A stretch of DNA of 64,000 nucleotides, from the NCBI GenBank assembly GCA_964505535.1, contig CAZDIU010000002.1, positions 3,303-67,302 of the forward strand, written 5' to 3'. The notes beneath the pieces are model-generated. The model made no database searches and was not told the DNA's origin. It saw only the letters and a list, made by a program, of their open reading frames with translations. Shown piece after piece: positions 8,110 to 17,720 of the stretch. The translations under genes were made by a program, and so were the position numbers. This DNA is from an uncultured Desulfobacterales bacterium. GTDB lineage: Bacteria; Desulfobacterota; Desulfobacteria; Desulfobacterales; Desulfococcaceae. Numbering within the stretch: position 1 is the stretch's first letter; the number at the start of each line of letters is the position of its first letter.

Positions 8110-8127
8110 TAATCCCCCGGCAAAGAG

Positions 8128-8688
8128 TTAAAACACCTGCACCTCAGCCTCATACACAGTGGCCCGCTGTCCATACTGATCAGAAGATGCAGAAATAATC
8201 AGATACATATTGTCCAAATCCGCCTGTGTCCAGTTTCCTGTTGCGGTTGCAGATATGATTTCCGGAGTATTTTCTGCGCCCAGGGCAATGCCTGAAACGC
8301 TCAGGACTTCTGTATGATCTGAAAGATACAAAGCAATCCCAAATGTCCGGCTTATATAGGCTGTTGCCGCCAACACCCTGACCCTGACATGCGTTGCCGC
8401 GTCTTTGGCAATATGCGACAGATCCAGATCCAGAGATTCTTCCGAATAGGATTCAGTGTAAATATATTCCGTAATTTCCGGGGTATCCACGCCTGTGTCC
8501 AGCAGATTCCATGCGGTTGTGCCTGCATCTGAGGCGGTCCATCCGGACATGGTACTGTAATCCCCGTTTGGTTTCATGATCAGCGGATCAGGCATGGTGT
8601 TATTGGCAATCTGTGTCAGTTTTGCCAAAAGAGCCGCGTGCATGGCATTTGGCACGCCTGCTGTGACTATATCCTGCGATTCCCTCAT
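8128..8688 (-). CDS. virion/tail-distal protein, unknown function
   Basis: Last gene of the minus-strand late operon. ATGA overlap with the upstream gene fixes the start at 8688. Confidence 0.5.
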   Translation of the reverse strand: MRESQDIVTAGVPNAMHAALLAKLTQIANNTMPDPLIMKPNGDYSTMSGWTASDAGTTAWNLLDTGVDTPEITEYIYTESYSEESLDLDLSHIAKDAATHVRVRVLAATAYISRTFGIALYLSDHTEVLSVSGIALGAENTPEIISATATGNWTQADLDNMYLIISASSDQYGQRATVYEAEVQVF

Positions 8689-9197
8689 ATAATACCTCCC
8701 CAAACCGTAACGCTGTTTCCTGCGGAAAGCCCGGTAATATGGATTCCCACTGATTTTGCGCCTGCCAGATCCCAGTACAGCAGAGGCGACCAGTATTCTG
8801 TGTCATCATCTGTGAAATATGTGGCCCCGCATTCTGTGGTTTTGCTGCTCAGAATGGCATAGATTTCTGTGGCAGGTTCTGCGGTTATGTCCGTCAGTTT
8901 CACGACAGGAGTAAGCGTTGCGCTACCTCCGGCAAGAAAATGACTGACACGGCAGACCAGTGTGCTTCTGTCGCCAACCGTAAGCATGTTCGCATTGAGT
9001 TCAGAGCAGTAATTCAGATCCCAACTGTCTGTACTGCTTCTTGGTCTGATTTTCTTCATTTCCGCATAGCGTGAAACCTGCGTGACAAGCTGGATCACCC
9101 TGGCTCTGTCCTGTTCATCGGTTTCAATGGCCGTGCGGGTGGCAACCACGTCCCCGCTTCTGCCGTCATCCACTTTTGTTCCCTGTTCCATATTCAT
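8685..9197 (-). CDS. virion protein, unknown function
   Basis: 170-aa ORF, tightly packed in the tail gene block. Confidence 0.5.
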   Translation of the reverse strand: MNMEQGTKVDDGRSGDVVATRTAIETDEQDRARVIQLVTQVSRYAEMKKIRPRSSTDSWDLNYCSELNANMLTVGDRSTLVCRVSHFLAGGSATLTPVVKLTDITAEPATEIYAILSSKTTECGATYFTDDDTEYWSPLLYWDLAGAKSVGIHITGLSAGNSVTVWGGII

Positions 9198-9201
9198 ACT
9201 C

Positions 9202-10539
9202 CTATATTTTCAGCGTATCAATTATGCCTATTTTTGTGAATCCTGTACGGAACTGCATTGCATCCGTGCCGGATAAGGCTGTAAAATCGGCAAGTGTGTC
9301 TGAAATAAACCCGGCAAGCCATGTTTCCAGTTCTGAAGACCGGTCGCGACTCAGAGGGTTTATGCCTGTCGTATTCTCTGCATACAGACAGACCGCCCTG
9401 TATGTCTTGAAAATTTCAGAAATCTGTTCCGGATGCGAGCCTGTTCCTTTTGGAACGAAGCTGTAATTTTCCAGCAGAAAAATGGTGCGGGCAGTCATCG
9501 TGCCTGCATAGCTCAGATCAGTATATGCTTCCAATCCTGTGCGGCTGCTGGATACAATTTCCCCATTCGCATAATGCGACTCGGTTGTTTCAGTATATGT
9601 GGGATATGTGTCAAACAGTCCATGCCATTGGGTGGAATGGTCTGAATAGCTGTCGTATGTGGACGGATCATCATTGAAATTACAGGAATCATTATATGAC
9701 TGCGTATAATAGACCGTTGCGGCTCCATTGCCTGTATTGAATTGGATATGCCGGGCAGAACCCAAATCATAATTTCTGATATGCGTATAAGCGGCGGTCA
9801 GAACTCTTGTTTCGGCTTCATTGAGTGTCCTGGTTTTTGTGAAAATGTCCGCGTTGGAACCTGCCGGTTCCAGTGGGCATTCACTGTAGGCTGTGGCATT
9901 CTGGTCAAAGCTGAAACAGGGGTCTTCATACCATTCGTTGTCAACATCGCATCCTGTGGCTACCTTCCGATTTGGGGTATTGATGCAGAATTTCATTTCA
10001 TACAGGGATTGGCCTGTCTGAAATTCGCCATAAAAAAACCAGTCCGAAAAAACCGTGTTGGTTTCGGTGGTTATGTATTTTGTTTTGTATCGAAGCGGGA
10101 ACGTGTAGCCGCCCAGAGATGTTATGGGCACTTTTTTAACCGGGTCCCACAGAATGACATACCACCACTGATGATGTCCGCTATAGTAATTTCTGCCGAA
10201 CATAATTTCCAGCCACACAATTTCATTCGGGCATTCTTTCAGCCCGCTCTGAAACCCCACCACAGAATAGCTTTCGCCGCTCCCGTGTCTGCTGTTTTCC
10301 GCAAGCACCAGCACAGAATCTTCCTCTGAAAATGCCGTATGCCCGCCTTCGGTATCATTTCTGCCCTGACAATGATAGAAAATCGGCACATTGTCTTCCC
10401 TGCCGATGCCGTCAATCTCAACCGAGGCCGTGCCTGCGTCCCTGTCTATGGAAATGATTGTGCCTTTTTTCAGGCAAACATCCCAGACCGCAGTTACATC
10501 ACTGCCAAAATCTGCCGCATATTCATGAGCTTCGGCCAT
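9202..10539 (-). CDS. tail/baseplate-associated protein, unknown function
   Basis: 445-aa ORF in the tail block, rich in aromatic residues and Asn/Thr like receptor-binding proteins. Confidence 0.5.
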   Translation of the reverse strand: MAEAHEYAADFGSDVTAVWDVCLKKGTIISIDRDAGTASVEIDGIGREDNVPIFYHCQGRNDTEGGHTAFSEEDSVLVLAENSRHGSGESYSVVGFQSGLKECPNEIVWLEIMFGRNYYSGHHQWWYVILWDPVKKVPITSLGGYTFPLRYKTKYITTETNTVFSDWFFYGEFQTGQSLYEMKFCINTPNRKVATGCDVDNEWYEDPCFSFDQNATAYSECPLEPAGSNADIFTKTRTLNEAETRVLTAAYTHIRNYDLGSARHIQFNTGNGAATVYYTQSYNDSCNFNDDPSTYDSYSDHSTQWHGLFDTYPTYTETTESHYANGEIVSSSRTGLEAYTDLSYAGTMTARTIFLLENYSFVPKGTGSHPEQISEIFKTYRAVCLYAENTTGINPLSRDRSSELETWLAGFISDTLADFTALSGTDAMQFRTGFTKIGIIDTLKI

Positions 10540-10543
10540 TTGC

Positions 10544-11863
10544 TCAGGCTCCTTTCCCGCCGATTTTCATAGGAATTATCACAAAATCCGCAGTCACCGG
10601 ACATTCCGTGCCGGGGGTTTCCTCAGCGGTTCCCCGGTATCCGAACACATTGACCCAGTAATAGGTCGTTCCCCGCACCAGACGGGACAGGCCGATTTCC
10701 CTGAAATTCCCGTCCAGCATATTGGCCCGGTGCGGCGGTGAGTTTTTCCATCCGGTGAACGCCTCCATCGCGGAGGCAGTGCCGGAAAGAATATTCTCCC
10801 CGCATCCCCATTCTTCCTCATCTGAGGCATACCCCGCATCCTTCACCCTTGCCTGAACATAGGTTCCGTCTGTTCCCTGATGGGAAAAAAAACCGTGCGT
10901 TACCATATCCTGACAGTGCCGCTGGGCTGCGCTGTCGAGTCTGGAATTCAGCGTGACCGGGTTTTTCCCGTTTTCCGCCCGGAATGCGTTGAGCAGTTTC
11001 ACAAAATCCGTGAAACTGCCTGACCCGCTGTTTTCCTCTTCCTCTGCTCCGGGTTCCGGATTGTAATCATAATTGGTGTCACAGGACAGATCACAGGCAT
11101 CTGCTCCGGACATGAGAAACACCCAGTCTCCGACAGAATAATTCACAAAATCGGAAGATACTGCCCGGATGATTCTGCCTTCTGTGTCCACCATATAATA
11201 GATGCCGATTTCATCATAATTTCCGCCTTTGGATACAATCACACCGCCTGTCATGCTGCATGTCCGGTAATATTTCTGTCCGCACAGATAACTCCGCTGC
11301 CGGTTTCCGGATTTAAAATGATGCAGAGCCTTTACCAGCATTCCCGGAACCAGCTTGGAATTGTCCTGAACTGTCAGACTGGAAAAATTGCGGAATCCCT
11401 CACAGGCCGGGGTGTAGCTTTCCCCTGCTTCAACAATGAGACACGCGGAGCCGGGGTCAGGTTCCACAAGGGCAAAAAACACAGATTCGGTTTCGGTCAT
11501 GTGTCCGGTGACAACTGTGGCCTGCCAATGGCAGTGCGCGGGTTCCCCGACCTTTACAACGGGATGATCCGCCATGCGTGTCGGTTCCCCTGATACGGGA
11601 TGATAGGTATAAACCGGCCTTTCGATGATCAGACATTCCTCGGCCTCCATGCACTGATAGGGATTGTATTCGGTTCCGGGCTGGGAAATGGTAATGCGTC
11701 CTTTGGGTTTGACCGCAGGCGGATTGGAAAGATAAAAAATGACCTGCTTTCTTTTTTTGTCCACTTCCGCTTTTGCCGAACAGTCCTCACCGGTCGGGGC
11801 ATCCACACTGCATCCGCCAGCACTGTCAGAACATACGGGAAGAATGATGGTTTTGCCTGCCAT
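10544..11863 (-). CDS. tail protein with C-terminal CAP/SCP (YkwD-like) domain
   Basis: The C-terminus LNAFRAENGKNPVTLNSRLDSAAQRHCQDMVTHGFFSHQGTDG...GENILSG...WKNSPPHRANML...IG matches the CAP/SCP/PR-1 signature pattern. Confidence 0.6.
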   Translation of the reverse strand: MAGKTIILPVCSDSAGGCSVDAPTGEDCSAKAEVDKKRKQVIFYLSNPPAVKPKGRITISQPGTEYNPYQCMEAEECLIIERPVYTYHPVSGEPTRMADHPVVKVGEPAHCHWQATVVTGHMTETESVFFALVEPDPGSACLIVEAGESYTPACEGFRNFSSLTVQDNSKLVPGMLVKALHHFKSGNRQRSYLCGQKYYRTCSMTGGVIVSKGGNYDEIGIYYMVDTEGRIIRAVSSDFVNYSVGDWVFLMSGADACDLSCDTNYDYNPEPGAEEEENSGSGSFTDFVKLLNAFRAENGKNPVTLNSRLDSAAQRHCQDMVTHGFFSHQGTDGTYVQARVKDAGYASDEEEWGCGENILSGTASAMEAFTGWKNSPPHRANMLDGNFREIGLSRLVRGTTYYWVNVFGYRGTAEETPGTECPVTADFVIIPMKIGGKGA

Positions 11864-12756
11864 TATTCCTCTTCCTCAGTGCCGATGGTGAAGTTGTAGT
11901 TTGTGGTGGTCCCCTCGTATTCCACTGAGGCAGAATAGGTTCCCGGAGCAAGGGAACCCAGATCACAGAGTCCGTCAACCCCTGTGACAAAAGACTGCCC
12001 ATGGAAATATACTGTGGCATTGGCAATGGGATCTCCGGAACACTGCATGACCACCTGACAGTCATAGGCTTCGGATTCACCGGCAGAATCCTCTTCTGCT
12101 TTGTAGGTTACTTCCAGACTGGCAAGCAGATCATTGTCTTTCGGGTCTTTGTCTTTATCCTTCTCCGTATCAGGGACTTCCTGCGACAGCACCACAATGG
12201 AGGTTGTGGCAGGATGTGTTGTTTCAACACCGTTTTCATCTGTTTCTGTCAGTCCGTCATACGTCACTTTTCCCTCAAAGGGATAACGAACCCATAATGC
12301 CCAGATGTCACACAATGCCCGGTAACGCACCTGTAGCACACCGATCACAGGAGCGGACAGTTTGACCTCTTTGCCCGCAAACAGCACATTCACGGACGGG
12401 GCTTTTCCCACCCATTCATATTCCGGAGTCATATTGGCAGGCGGATATTTCAGGGTTGCCTCAGCGGTTTTGACAAAGGTGAACGTCTCCTCTGTCCAGA
12501 AATCCGCTCCGTCCGTCACTTTGGTCAGCGTGTACGCGTAATTGCTTTCCATAGTGTAGGGAAGTTCCCTGTCGCTGACAATGGCACGGATATAGGCTTT
12601 GTCGCCAAAGACAAATTCCGTTTTGGCTTTTCCCCCGCTGTCCAGGTTGAGTTCATCGGCAAGTTCAAGCGCAGCAGATTTTTCCGCTGTCTCTGTTTCC
12701 TCTTCTCCCGGGACAAACCCCACGCTGATCTGCAATGACGCAAAGGCTTTGCTCAT
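11863..12756 (-). CDS. tail protein with C-terminal carboxypeptidase-regulatory-like beta-sandwich
   Basis: C-terminus GDPIANATVYFHGQSFVTGVDGLCDLGSLAPGTYSASVEYEG. The N-terminus is paralogous to the next gene. Confidence 0.5.
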   Translation of the reverse strand: MSKAFASLQISVGFVPGEEETETAEKSAALELADELNLDSGGKAKTEFVFGDKAYIRAIVSDRELPYTMESNYAYTLTKVTDGADFWTEETFTFVKTAEATLKYPPANMTPEYEWVGKAPSVNVLFAGKEVKLSAPVIGVLQVRYRALCDIWALWVRYPFEGKVTYDGLTETDENGVETTHPATTSIVVLSQEVPDTEKDKDKDPKDNDLLASLEVTYKAEEDSAGESEAYDCQVVMQCSGDPIANATVYFHGQSFVTGVDGLCDLGSLAPGTYSASVEYEGTTTNYNFTIGTEEEE

Positions 12757-12759
12757 TAT

Positions 12760-13290
12760 TTACTCCACGGAGGCCACAGACACAATGACCGGATAGGGAA
12801 TGGGATCATCGCGGGGCGGGACAGAAGCCACAATCTGGGAATAGTTGCTGGAGTAACTTGCCAGCGCAACCGCAGTGCCCACCTGAGATGCTTTCAGGGA
12901 ACCGTCAGCCGTGACCACCAGCGCACCCAGGGATTTGCCCAGCCACCGGTAGGAAAAACCGCCCATGATTGGCTTGGAGGTATTGGCCGTGTCTGAATTG
13001 CTGAAGGTAACGGATTCATCTTCCACGTTCACAGCAAAATCACCGGACGGGCCTGAAACCGATCCGTCTGTGATTTCTGCTGCGCGCAGTTCCAGATCGG
13101 ACGGCTGCCGGAAACATCTGATGTAAATGGATTCTCCGAAGTCAAACTGTGACTTGGGTTCGCCTTCCGCGTCAATGTTCAGGGAATCATCCAGTTCCAG
13201 GGATATGCTGGCGTTTTCGTCTGTCCCTTCTCCGTCTTCAACATCTTTGGGACTTAAATTGATTGTGAGACTTGCGTATGCTTTAGCCAT
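12760..13290 (-). CDS. tail protein, N-terminal paralog of 11863-12756
   Basis: MAKAYASLTINL...LELDDSLNIDAEGEPKSQFDFGESIYIRC aligns with MSKAFASLQISV...LELADELNLDSGGKAKTEFVFGDKAYIRA. Confidence 0.5.
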   Translation of the reverse strand: MAKAYASLTINLSPKDVEDGEGTDENASISLELDDSLNIDAEGEPKSQFDFGESIYIRCFRQPSDLELRAAEITDGSVSGPSGDFAVNVEDESVTFSNSDTANTSKPIMGGFSYRWLGKSLGALVVTADGSLKASQVGTAVALASYSSNYSQIVASVPPRDDPIPYPVIVSVASVE

Positions 13291-13561
13291 CTATGATTAC
13301 CTCTTTCCTGTCGGAAGTGTCAGTCATGCCGATGTCAGATGTGATGTACCGCTGTCCGTCCGACATGGTGGTGAGCAGCACCATCGCACCGATTTTCACT
13401 TCTCCGATATTGCTTTTGCAGTTCTGCACGGTTTTTCCGTATTTCACGGCATAGATATTATTCCCCATCGCACGGATGACCTCACCTGTCACCATGCCCC
13501 GGGCTGTGACAGACTGATACTGCCGGAAAACAAGAAAATTTGTCAGGGAATAAGAAGACAT
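13283..13561 (-). CDS. small tail/baseplate protein
   Basis: 92-aa ORF overlapping both neighbours in the operon. Confidence 0.45.
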   Translation of the reverse strand: MSSYSLTNFLVFRQYQSVTARGMVTGEVIRAMGNNIYAVKYGKTVQNCKSNIGEVKIGAMVLLTTMSDGQRYITSDIGMTDTSDRKEVIIDG

Positions 13562-15549
13562 TTCACCGCCTCAATTTCATTCCATATGGCAGGGCCGTCA
13601 AAGGTGATGGTGACTCTCTGCACTTTGTACGCGCCAATGACTTCTATCCGGGGAACGTTGATTTCAATAATGGTTCCGTCACTGCATCTGTCATGATACG
13701 GGGCACGGATGGAAACCTTGTGCCGGTCATATTTCTTTTCATCAATTTCCGCTGTGCCGCGTTCCACAGCCGCAGATTCCGAACTGATCATCACATCTGA
13801 AATCGGGTCCATCTCTTTGGGCGGATCCTCCGCTGTCCGGACATACACACACAGTCCGGACGGGTCGGTTCCGGAATATCCCAGCACGGCAATCAGGGCT
13901 TCCACCGAATCTGTATCCACCCGGTATCTGTGATATTCGCTCTTATACCGGATGTCACAGATGGCCCACATGCCGTCTATGGTCAGGTCTTTGGAATACG
14001 GGGTAAAGAAAACATCCCCTTCGCCCGGGACTGCGCCGATCCATTTTTTCTGAAGAATCTGCGTGATTGGCTTGGACACAGAGCCGGTTCCCTCTTTGAA
14101 CTCCACCCGTTCATAATACGGATCGTCCTCTTTTTCCATTACAGGAAATTCAATTTCGTGTTTGCCCAGAAAGGTTACGCCCTCTCCGGCTGTGGCAAAG
14201 GCTTCCACATTCTCCGGCTGGATACCGTTTTTCCAGTACACCCGCAGGTGAACCGTCTGTCCAACTGTCGGTCCGGACTCCTCCAGTTCAATTTCCGGGG
14301 TTTCCAGGCTTTCGGTTCCCACATTGGAAATTTCAACAGCAGTGTAACCTTCCCCTTTCACACGCTCCGCAGAGATGGAATCCTCAACAACGCCTGTGCG
14401 CTCATACACAATTTCCCCGACTGTGATTTTGCAGGGCCGGGCAATCCATTTGCGCCGGACAGTCAGCGTGCCGTCATCAGCGGATCGCACAATGGAGCCA
14501 ATGGCAGATGCGATTTTCTGCACTGCCTCAATGCTGTCAGAAGGCCAGTCTGCGGTTTCCGGCAATACCCAGTCCAGAGTGCTCCAAGTCACAGTGCCGT
14601 GTTCAATCATGGCACTGGCAAGAGCGGAAGCTGACATTTTCCCGTTCATGGCAGGCGCAGACCAGCCCGGACTGAATTCTGCATTGTTCCGCACACCCGG
14701 ACTGTAACCGTCCAAAGTAAATGTATTTTCTCCGGATGCCTTGCGGTTGTCAATGGTAAACAGAAAGATACGGGACCCGACACGGATTTCAATTCTTGCC
14801 TCACCCGGTTTCACATCCGGATCACATTCAAAGAACAGATCCATATCCGATGATGTGATGGAAACCGTGTTGTGCACATAGCTTTCATCCAATGTGACAG
14901 AACATGCTGTGACCCGGTGTTTGCAGGGCTTCCCGTCAATGTAAATTTCATACCCCCCGGTAATGGGCGGAAGTCCTTCCGGTGTTTCCGGTGCAGGGAT
15001 TGCTTCGGTATCTTCCGCTGGGAAAATGACAGAAGAAGCAGGTTCTCCGATTTGATTCAGCAGGGAAAGCCGGGACCGCAGCAGATATTTTTCCTGAATT
15101 TCTGTAAACAGATGCAGCGGAACCATAATCGGCTCGTTCCGCAGAGTGGTCAGCACAGAAAGTCTGCTGAATATTCGGGTGGCTGCCTGTTCCTCCGGCA
15201 TTTCCGTCAGCAGACTTAACCTGCTCAGAATACGGGTGGCAGATGCGGATTCAGGCATTTCCGTCAGCAGATGCAGTCGGCTGAATCTGCGGGAAATTTC
15301 TGCCGAATCTGCCAGTTCGCACAGCAGATGCAGAGACGTGAATATCCTGGCCGCCTCTGCCGGGTCCGCCTGCAGTTCACACAAAACAGAGAATCTGCTG
15401 ATGATCGGAATGCCGAAATTGCAGACAGAACAGATTCCTGTGCGGGTTTCCGTTCCTGTCTGAACAGAAAGCAGTGTCCGCAGTTCTGAAGATCCCAGCA
15501 GATGCAGCCTTGTTTCTGACTGCTTGTTTCCGGAAAAAAGAAGCAGCAT
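13543..15549 (-). CDS. large tail/baseplate protein with N-terminal ~19-aa tandem repeats
   Basis: 668 aa. The N-terminal ~150 aa contain 6-8 repeats of the type RIFSRLSLLTEMPEEQAAT. Confidence 0.55.
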   Translation of the reverse strand: MLLLFSGNKQSETRLHLLGSSELRTLLSVQTGTETRTGICSVCNFGIPIISRFSVLCELQADPAEAARIFTSLHLLCELADSAEISRRFSRLHLLTEMPESASATRILSRLSLLTEMPEEQAATRIFSRLSVLTTLRNEPIMVPLHLFTEIQEKYLLRSRLSLLNQIGEPASSVIFPAEDTEAIPAPETPEGLPPITGGYEIYIDGKPCKHRVTACSVTLDESYVHNTVSITSSDMDLFFECDPDVKPGEARIEIRVGSRIFLFTIDNRKASGENTFTLDGYSPGVRNNAEFSPGWSAPAMNGKMSASALASAMIEHGTVTWSTLDWVLPETADWPSDSIEAVQKIASAIGSIVRSADDGTLTVRRKWIARPCKITVGEIVYERTGVVEDSISAERVKGEGYTAVEISNVGTESLETPEIELEESGPTVGQTVHLRVYWKNGIQPENVEAFATAGEGVTFLGKHEIEFPVMEKEDDPYYERVEFKEGTGSVSKPITQILQKKWIGAVPGEGDVFFTPYSKDLTIDGMWAICDIRYKSEYHRYRVDTDSVEALIAVLGYSGTDPSGLCVYVRTAEDPPKEMDPISDVMISSESAAVERGTAEIDEKKYDRHKVSIRAPYHDRCSDGTIIEINVPRIEVIGAYKVQRVTITFDGPAIWNEIEAVKCLLIP

Positions 15550-15552
15550 GGC

Positions 15553-16974
15553 TTACTGTGAAATTACGCAGATGCCGACATGATTGACCGGGGCCGCGCT
15601 GGTGGATGCGGGGACAATCTGTTTTGCCCAGATTGGATACTCCCCGACATGTGTTTTAAAAGTGATCTGCTTTCCGGTCACGGGCGAACCCATCCAGCCG
15701 GTGTTCAGCAAAGTGAAATACGGGGTTCCGGTACTGGGATTCACCGGGGAAAAACCGGTGCTGATGTTTCCGGTTCCCACAGATCCGGAAAACAGCCCGG
15801 CACAGATGAATGCAGTGGAAGAGGTAAAGGTGATTGTCCAGTCATCTTCCACACAGCCCTTGTTCAGACAGGTCAGAGGATACGTGGTATCATCATACAG
15901 ATTGTCCGCGTCTGTGAACGTGTCATACGTTGCCACTGCCTCGGCCAGTTCCGGCAGACAAGCGGCAATGTAAGTGTTTGCAGTGAGATAGGGATTTGCC
16001 ACCTGCTCCGCAAGGGTCACGGTGCATACACTCCCTGACCACGACCAGAATTTGTCGTAATAAGTGCAGGTGATATCGGTGCTGTTGTCCGGAGGCTGTG
16101 TAAACGTAATCGGGGTTGTCCATGCGCCGGTGGACATGTTGAGTTGACCCGCGGAACAGTACCCGGAGCAGGAACCGTCCGCATTGACCGTAACTGTCTG
16201 GGCTGTTCCGCTGACGGTCACTGAGATAACCGGCCGGTAATCGTCAAAGGGATTCACGCCGTTGGTGATGTTGGCAAGGGTGCTGAGTGTCGGAGTCTGA
16301 CTGCTGCCGTTTCCGGCGCCGATCACTTCGTTTTCCGTAAGACCCGTGGGCAGCCGTCTGAATTCGTAACTGCCGGTGTCAACGGTTTCCACTTCATCGT
16401 TTCCCAGATACCGGCCTTTGGGATAGTTGATGTCATCGGTATAGGCGATCCGTGTCCAAGTGTCTGTGATAAACTGGACAGAATCTCCGGGTTTCACATC
16501 CGCAGCAATGGTCTGGGACGCCTTGTAATAATTGCTGATATACAGCAGCCCGCCCGGGACAAAACCGGATTCTGTGCCCTCAAACTCTGCGGACACGGTT
16601 GTTTCACCGCCGGAAAGCGCAGTGGAAAGTTTGCCGCATCCCACCAAAGTCGGATTGCCTGCGGAAATGGTGGCCTGCGTATCCCTTGCCGCACCTTTGG
16701 CAAGATAATATCTGTCCCCCGCGTTGCTCTGGTTGGTCAGAAAGGCAGTCACCAGATAAGCGATTTCCGCAGGGGTCACTGCGCTTCGGTTCTGCCAGAA
16801 GGCTTTCCGCCATCTGGTAATTCCTGCTGCGCGCTCTGCTGCTGCAACCATGGGGAACAGATTGTTCAGTCCCCATTCTGTGACAGCAGATGCACTGCTG
16901 CGCCCGCCGTTTGCTCCGGTGTCTGTCACGGTTGCGGATTTTGCGTATTTCACATCAGTTGTTTCTATTGACAT
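15553..16974 (-). CDS. tail fiber/tip-like protein
   Basis: 473-aa Thr/Ser/Gly/Ala-rich ORF in the tail block. Confidence 0.5.
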   Translation of the reverse strand: MSIETTDVKYAKSATVTDTGANGGRSSASAVTEWGLNNLFPMVAAAERAAGITRWRKAFWQNRSAVTPAEIAYLVTAFLTNQSNAGDRYYLAKGAARDTQATISAGNPTLVGCGKLSTALSGGETTVSAEFEGTESGFVPGGLLYISNYYKASQTIAADVKPGDSVQFITDTWTRIAYTDDINYPKGRYLGNDEVETVDTGSYEFRRLPTGLTENEVIGAGNGSSQTPTLSTLANITNGVNPFDDYRPVISVTVSGTAQTVTVNADGSCSGYCSAGQLNMSTGAWTTPITFTQPPDNSTDITCTYYDKFWSWSGSVCTVTLAEQVANPYLTANTYIAACLPELAEAVATYDTFTDADNLYDDTTYPLTCLNKGCVEDDWTITFTSSTAFICAGLFSGSVGTGNISTGFSPVNPSTGTPYFTLLNTGWMGSPVTGKQITFKTHVGEYPIWAKQIVPASTSAAPVNHVGICVISQ

Positions 16975-16978
16975 TGTT

Positions 16979-17719
16979 TCACTCCGTTACTGCGGGTTCT
17001 GCCGGAAGTATATTTTCCGTTGTGGAATTGTCATTGTCATGTGTGCTGTTATCGGAATTGTCCGAATTGTCGGACTGGTCGGAATTATCGGTTGTGTTCC
17101 CGGAACTGGTGATGTTCAGCGTCCGGGTGTCGGTTGTGGTGCTGGTTACAGAATTGTCGGTCGTGTTCCCGGAATCTGACACGGTGACAGTTTTGGATTT
17201 GTCCTCGGTGTTACCGGAATTGGAACTGTCTGTGCTGGAATTGCCGGAATCGGAAACAGATACGGTTTTATTGGCCTGATTTGCATTGGTGACGGTATTG
17301 GAAACATTGCTTACCGTGCCGGATACATCCCGGATGGCAGAGAATATCTCATGCCCCAGAACGCCTGCGGTGACACCGTAAACAGCGGCTTTGCCAAATT
17401 CCAAAGCATATTTTGCGCCCGGAGCCGGGTCCGGAGCAGACGGCAGGTTTACATTGAACACCGGCACTGCCTCAGATGTGTCGCTGCCGATGAAGATCAC
17501 ACTGCCCTGTCCGGATGCCGAATGCTGAATTGCCGCAATCTTCAGAGCAGTCTGCTGCCGGATTTCCTCTGCCTTGAGATTGTAATAGGCAGCCGCAGCC
17601 TGCGCCTGTGCTGCGTTGATTTGAGACACAGACTGGGAATAGCTCTGATAGGTTTTGTCATATCCTGCACACCCGGAAAACAGTGTCAGGGCAATGGCAA
17701 TGAGGGTGTTTGTTTTCAT
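16979..17719 (-). CDS. lipoprotein with C-terminal S/D/N/T-rich repeats
   Basis: Internal start MKTNTLIAIALTLFSGC (lipobox LFSG|C). C-terminal repeats SDSGNTTDNS...SDNSDNSDNS. Confidence 0.6.
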   Translation of the reverse strand: MKTNTLIAIALTLFSGCAGYDKTYQSYSQSVSQINAAQAQAAAAYYNLKAEEIRQQTALKIAAIQHSASGQGSVIFIGSDTSEAVPVFNVNLPSAPDPAPGAKYALEFGKAAVYGVTAGVLGHEIFSAIRDVSGTVSNVSNTVTNANQANKTVSVSDSGNSSTDSSNSGNTEDKSKTVTVSDSGNTTDNSVTSTTTDTRTLNITSSGNTTDNSDQSDNSDNSDNSTHDNDNSTTENILPAEPAVTE

Positions 17720-17720
17720 T

